Below are positions 60,560-64,000 of a stretch of DNA of 64,000 nt, one piece after another (within the stretch, counting starts at the first letter, position 1; every line of letters begins with the position of its first letter). Source of the DNA: Azolla caroliniana (lineage: Eukaryota; Plantae; Polypodiophyta); the NCBI GenBank assembly GCA_043228905.1, contig JBHGNT010000022.1:8184001-8248000 (forward strand), read 5' to 3'. The notes beneath the pieces are model-generated. The model saw nothing but the letters and a program-made list of their open reading frames with translations, was not told the DNA's origin and did not search any database. The translations under genes were made by a program, and so were the position numbers.

Positions 60560-60985
60560 ATCTGATCCGGTAGCCGGTTCCATTTTGCTTGCCGGCCTGT
60601 TCCGGTTCCAATTTTGCTTGTTGGCCGGTTCCGGTTCCAGTTTTGCTTGCGAGTAGGTTCCGGTTCCAGTTCTGGTTTGCATGCCGGTTCCGGTTTTGCT
60701 TATCAGCCGGTTTCCGGTTTGCATGCCGGTTCCGGTTCCGATTTTGTTTGCCGGCCGGTTCTGGTTCTAGTTTGCTTGCCGGTTCCGGTTCCGGTTTTGC
60801 TTACCGGCCAGTTTCCGGTTCCGGTTTGCTTGCCGACCGGTTCCGGTGCCGGTTCCAATCCCGGTTTTGCTTACCGGCCAGTTTCCGGTTTGTATACCAG
60901 CTGATTTCCGGATTTGCTTACTGAATCGGTTTCCGAATTTGCTTACTAGCCGGTTTCCGGATTTGTTTACCGGCAGTTTCCAGTT
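60560..60985. repeat. Degenerate CCGGTT-rich tandem repeat in the solo LTR
   Basis: Repeated CCGGTTCCGGTTTTGCTT-like units. Confidence 0.85.
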
Positions 60986-62721
60986 TTAGGGAATTAGGCC
61001 ACCATCATCCATTAAGACAAAGTGGCCAAAGTGCTCTTAGCACAAATGAAAAGTGAGGGAGCTCAAGGTGCTTATATAGCCAGGGCCTTATCTTTCCTAT
61101 CTATGTGGGATAGTTCTAATTTCCCTATCTGCTTAAACTTTATTTTCACATAACTTGATATGTATTTCTCCATTTTGTATATAGTAAAATACATTTTGAA
61201 GCTCTTGAGTATATACATCTTTCTATAGTAAGCTACTAATCTAATCTATAATAATTATTTCATTATTTTTTTACATAGTGTGTGAAGATTCACACGACAC
61301 CGTTAAAAATTGGCAAAGCCTAAAAAGCATTGCACATCCCACACCGAGCGCGGTGCCTGCCATTCTACCACCGTCATGACCTTAGCTAGGTTCATGGAGA
61401 TGCCTTCTGATGAAATGACGTAGCCGAGAAATTCCACCTGGTTGCACCCGAAACTACATTTTTCTAGCTTTGCATAAAGACCATGTTCTCGAAGTCGTTT
61501 TAGTACTAACAATACATGAGAATCATGCTCTTCTTCGGTCTTTGAATAAAGCAGTAGATCATCCAAGTAGATGATCAGACACACATCCAAGAGATCTCGA
61601 AATATATCATTTGCCATGTGCTGGAAGACAGCTGGTGCATTAGTGAGGCCGAACGACAATGACCGTATACTCGAAGTGCCCATATCTACTGCGGAACGCG
61701 GTCTGCCATTCATCTCCTAGTCGGATCCGTACGAGGTTATAGGCCCCCCGTAGGTCGATCTTTGTGAAGAACCTGGCACCATTGATCCGTTCTAAAAGAC
61801 TTGAGATAAGGGGAAGTGCATACCTATTGGGGATTGTAACTTTATTCAAGCCACGGTAATCTACCACCAGACGAAGTGAGCCATCCTTTTTCTTGACGAA
61901 GAAAATGGGTGCGCCGGCTAGAGATTTCGAATGTCGAATGAATCCATTCTCCAAATTCTCCTCTATATAAGCTCGAAGGACTTCTAACTCGGTTGGTGAC
62001 AAATTGTAGATCAGTTCCCATGGTGGCTCTTTCCCCGATTGTAAATCGATGGGGCAATCATATGGTCGATGGTGAGGAAGTGTATTGGCTCGTACTTTAT
62101 CGAATACATCGGCATAATGATGATACTTCTTTGGAAGCTGAACAGGGGACTCCTCTTTAATGGTGTCGGAGGGTTTTAGTGATATTGCGAAGAGAAACAT
62201 TTCTTCCTTGTGTCCTTCTTCCCGCAACTGATGTAGTGAAATGGTGGCAATCTTCTGAGCAGATCCTCGGGTTTGTCGACACTGGTTTTCTCTTGTTCTC
62301 CAATCTGTGTCTGGGTTATGTAACTCGAACCATGGTAATCCCAAAACGGTGGAATGTTCTGGGATACTAATAATGTTAGATGATACTACACATGCTAAGT
62401 TATCTAGGACAATATTAATGGGTTCTGATTCTTCTATGATATTTCCGGAAGCAATAGGACGACCATCAATGACAACTACAGAGGTTGGACATGGAAGTTT
62501 TCTAAGAGATATCTGATGAGCTTGGGCAAAATTCCTATCCATAAAGCAAGAATTTGCTCCGGAGTCTAGAAGTGCTAAGACGTGTAGTGGAGGGGTACTT
62601 TTAGTACTAACTATTACTTGGGCTACGAACACATTGCTAACTTGCTTAGAGGGAATGGAACCACTAATGGGCTGCACAGATCTAGGGCTGTCCAACCAAA
62701 CAGCTCCTATTTTGGCTAGAC

Positions 62722-63873
62722 TTAGTCGTTTAACTCTTCTTCTAACTGACTAAGGACATCAAATTTGTTCGCTAGATCTAGGCTATTAGTACTATTAGTA
62801 CTATCAAATATCCCTACTGTAATAGGCTCGGGTTTAGTACAATTAGAACTAGCAACTATTTGGTTTACCTGCCTTCTTGGCCTATGGGGACAATTTATTG
62901 CAATGTGTCCTGGTCCACCGCAGTAGAGACATAGTCGATTTGTTCGGCGACGCTGCTTTTCTTCTTCGGATAATGGTCCTCGACGACGTGTAGTGTCAAT
63001 CTCCATCAGAGTCAGAGTATTCACTTGAGGCACATTATAGTACTCCTTGGGTAAAGGTTTTGCTACCATTGAGGCGTAGGTGGGCTCTGATCTTGCCCTC
63101 GGCATCTGTAGCTGTCGTTTTGAACGTCGCTCAAAGAGGCGGTTATCACATCTTACCGCGTGACTGATTGCTTCTGTTAAGGACTTTGGCTCTTCAAGGA
63201 AAGTCAAGAGTAAATCCTTGACATCATTACGTAAACCATAACGAAATTGCTCCATCAATGCTTGATCATCCCAAGGGATGTCTGCGGCGAGTAGACGGAA
63301 ATCTGCAGCGTATGCAGAGGCTGGACGGTCTCCTTGGCGTAATCGCCAGATTTTGTTGATTGCGGTCCTTATGCTGTCAGTATCCGCAAAGCATGCTTTA
63401 AACTCACCTATAAACTCTTCAAAGTTGTTGAGTAATGGAGACTCCTTTTCCAATAGTGGAGCGAACCATGCCAACGCTGAGCCACTTAACAGCGTCCCTA
63501 CTAAACCCACTCGTGATGCATCGGTAGGATATCGGGAAGGATGCATTTGAATAACTAATCATACCTGATTAAGGAACCCTCTAAACTGCAATTGTGTTCC
63601 ATCGAACTTCATGGGAAAGCCAATCTTGGGTTCCTTATGAATCCCTTGTGTTCCGGGCCCTTGTTGTTGCATCGCTACGATGGTTGCTTCGAGTTGTTGC
63701 ATGCGTAATGCAAGTTCCCCATGTTGTTGTTGCATTTGCTGCTTTTCTAATGAGATTTGTTGAAGATCCCCCAGCAACCGTTGATTTTCTTGTTCCAAAG
63801 CAAGGAACTTCTCTTTCAAGCATTGAAACTCCGAGCTAACAGATTGATATTCCTAAGCGCTAACTGTGGCCAT
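62722..63873 (-). pseudogene. gag: Chromovirus gag (stops near 63850 and 63559)
   Basis: Homologous to 4224-5381; CLYCGGPGHIAINC. Confidence 0.92.
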
Positions 63874-64000
63874 GGGATGAAAAGAAAAGAGAAATAAGAG
63901 ATTAGTATGAAGGGAGAGAGACAGAAGGGAAAATTGGTTCAAACTATCAGGAATAGTACTAAACAGAGATAGGATTAGTACTAAACAGAGAGAGAATTAG

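Larger units (their letters stand above)
52960..61299 (-). mobile_element. Solo LTR of the Phygy-like group (about 1.44 kb), split by Gypsy X2
   Basis: TGTCG...CGACA; the minus-strand U5 CTAGTCAAAGGCCCCAGGGTCTTGCCT resembles element B U5; TSD CCGG/CCGT restores the host RT frame. Confidence 0.8.
50078..62721 (-). pseudogene. pol: Chromovirus pol split into 62721-61304, 52959-51652 and 50919-50078
   Basis: LLDSGA, YLDD, GFANF|RKFIQ across one insertion, EADASD, SDRGPQF, chromodomain. Confidence 0.92.
49619..64000 (-). mobile_element. Tcn1-like chromovirus copy 3 (diverged subfamily); 5' LTR runs off the window
   Basis: 3' LTR at 49619-50077, PPT at 50078-50090, pol and gag on the minus strand, self-priming PBS at 63932-63944, 5' LTR from 63945. 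Confidence 0.94.

Overview
This is eukaryotic DNA, most likely from a non-seed land plant (fern, lycophyte or bryophyte; inferred from the Tcn1-like and Phygy-like element types). I found no host genes. The window is a stack of nested LTR retrotransposons, and target-site duplications (TSDs) resolve almost all of it. Left block (1-13135): two Copia remnants, then a Tnt1-like Copia (1856-9687) hit by a related solo LTR, a complete Tcn1-like chromovirus (3729-9387) and a gag-only Phygy-like element. Middle: a (TA/CA)n field holding a 5'-truncated LINE. Right block: a minus-strand LTR element with a PMD-like extra ORF (15732 to beyond 49618) hosts a Copia (19374-34629), chromovirus copy 2 (34835-46357) and chromovirus copy 3 (49619 to beyond 64000). 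The Copia contains Gypsy X1. Copy 2 contains a gag-only Phygy-like element. Copy 3 contains two solo LTRs, one of which contains Gypsy X2. Top finding: both Gypsy X copies lack a polypurine tract (PPT). In its place, 2 nt before the 3' LTR, is a sequence matching the 3' end of tRNA-Arg(UCU), i.e. a second, inverted PBS, which suggests tRNA priming of both cDNA strands. Other findings: antisense tRNA-like Pol III A/B boxes in U3 of two unrelated LTR families, a Tf1-type self-priming site and a GUUAAAC -1 frameshift signal in the chromoviruses, PMD-like coiled-coil extra ORFs, and family-specific palindromic motif enrichment. tRNA sequences and clade names are recalled from memory, not searched.
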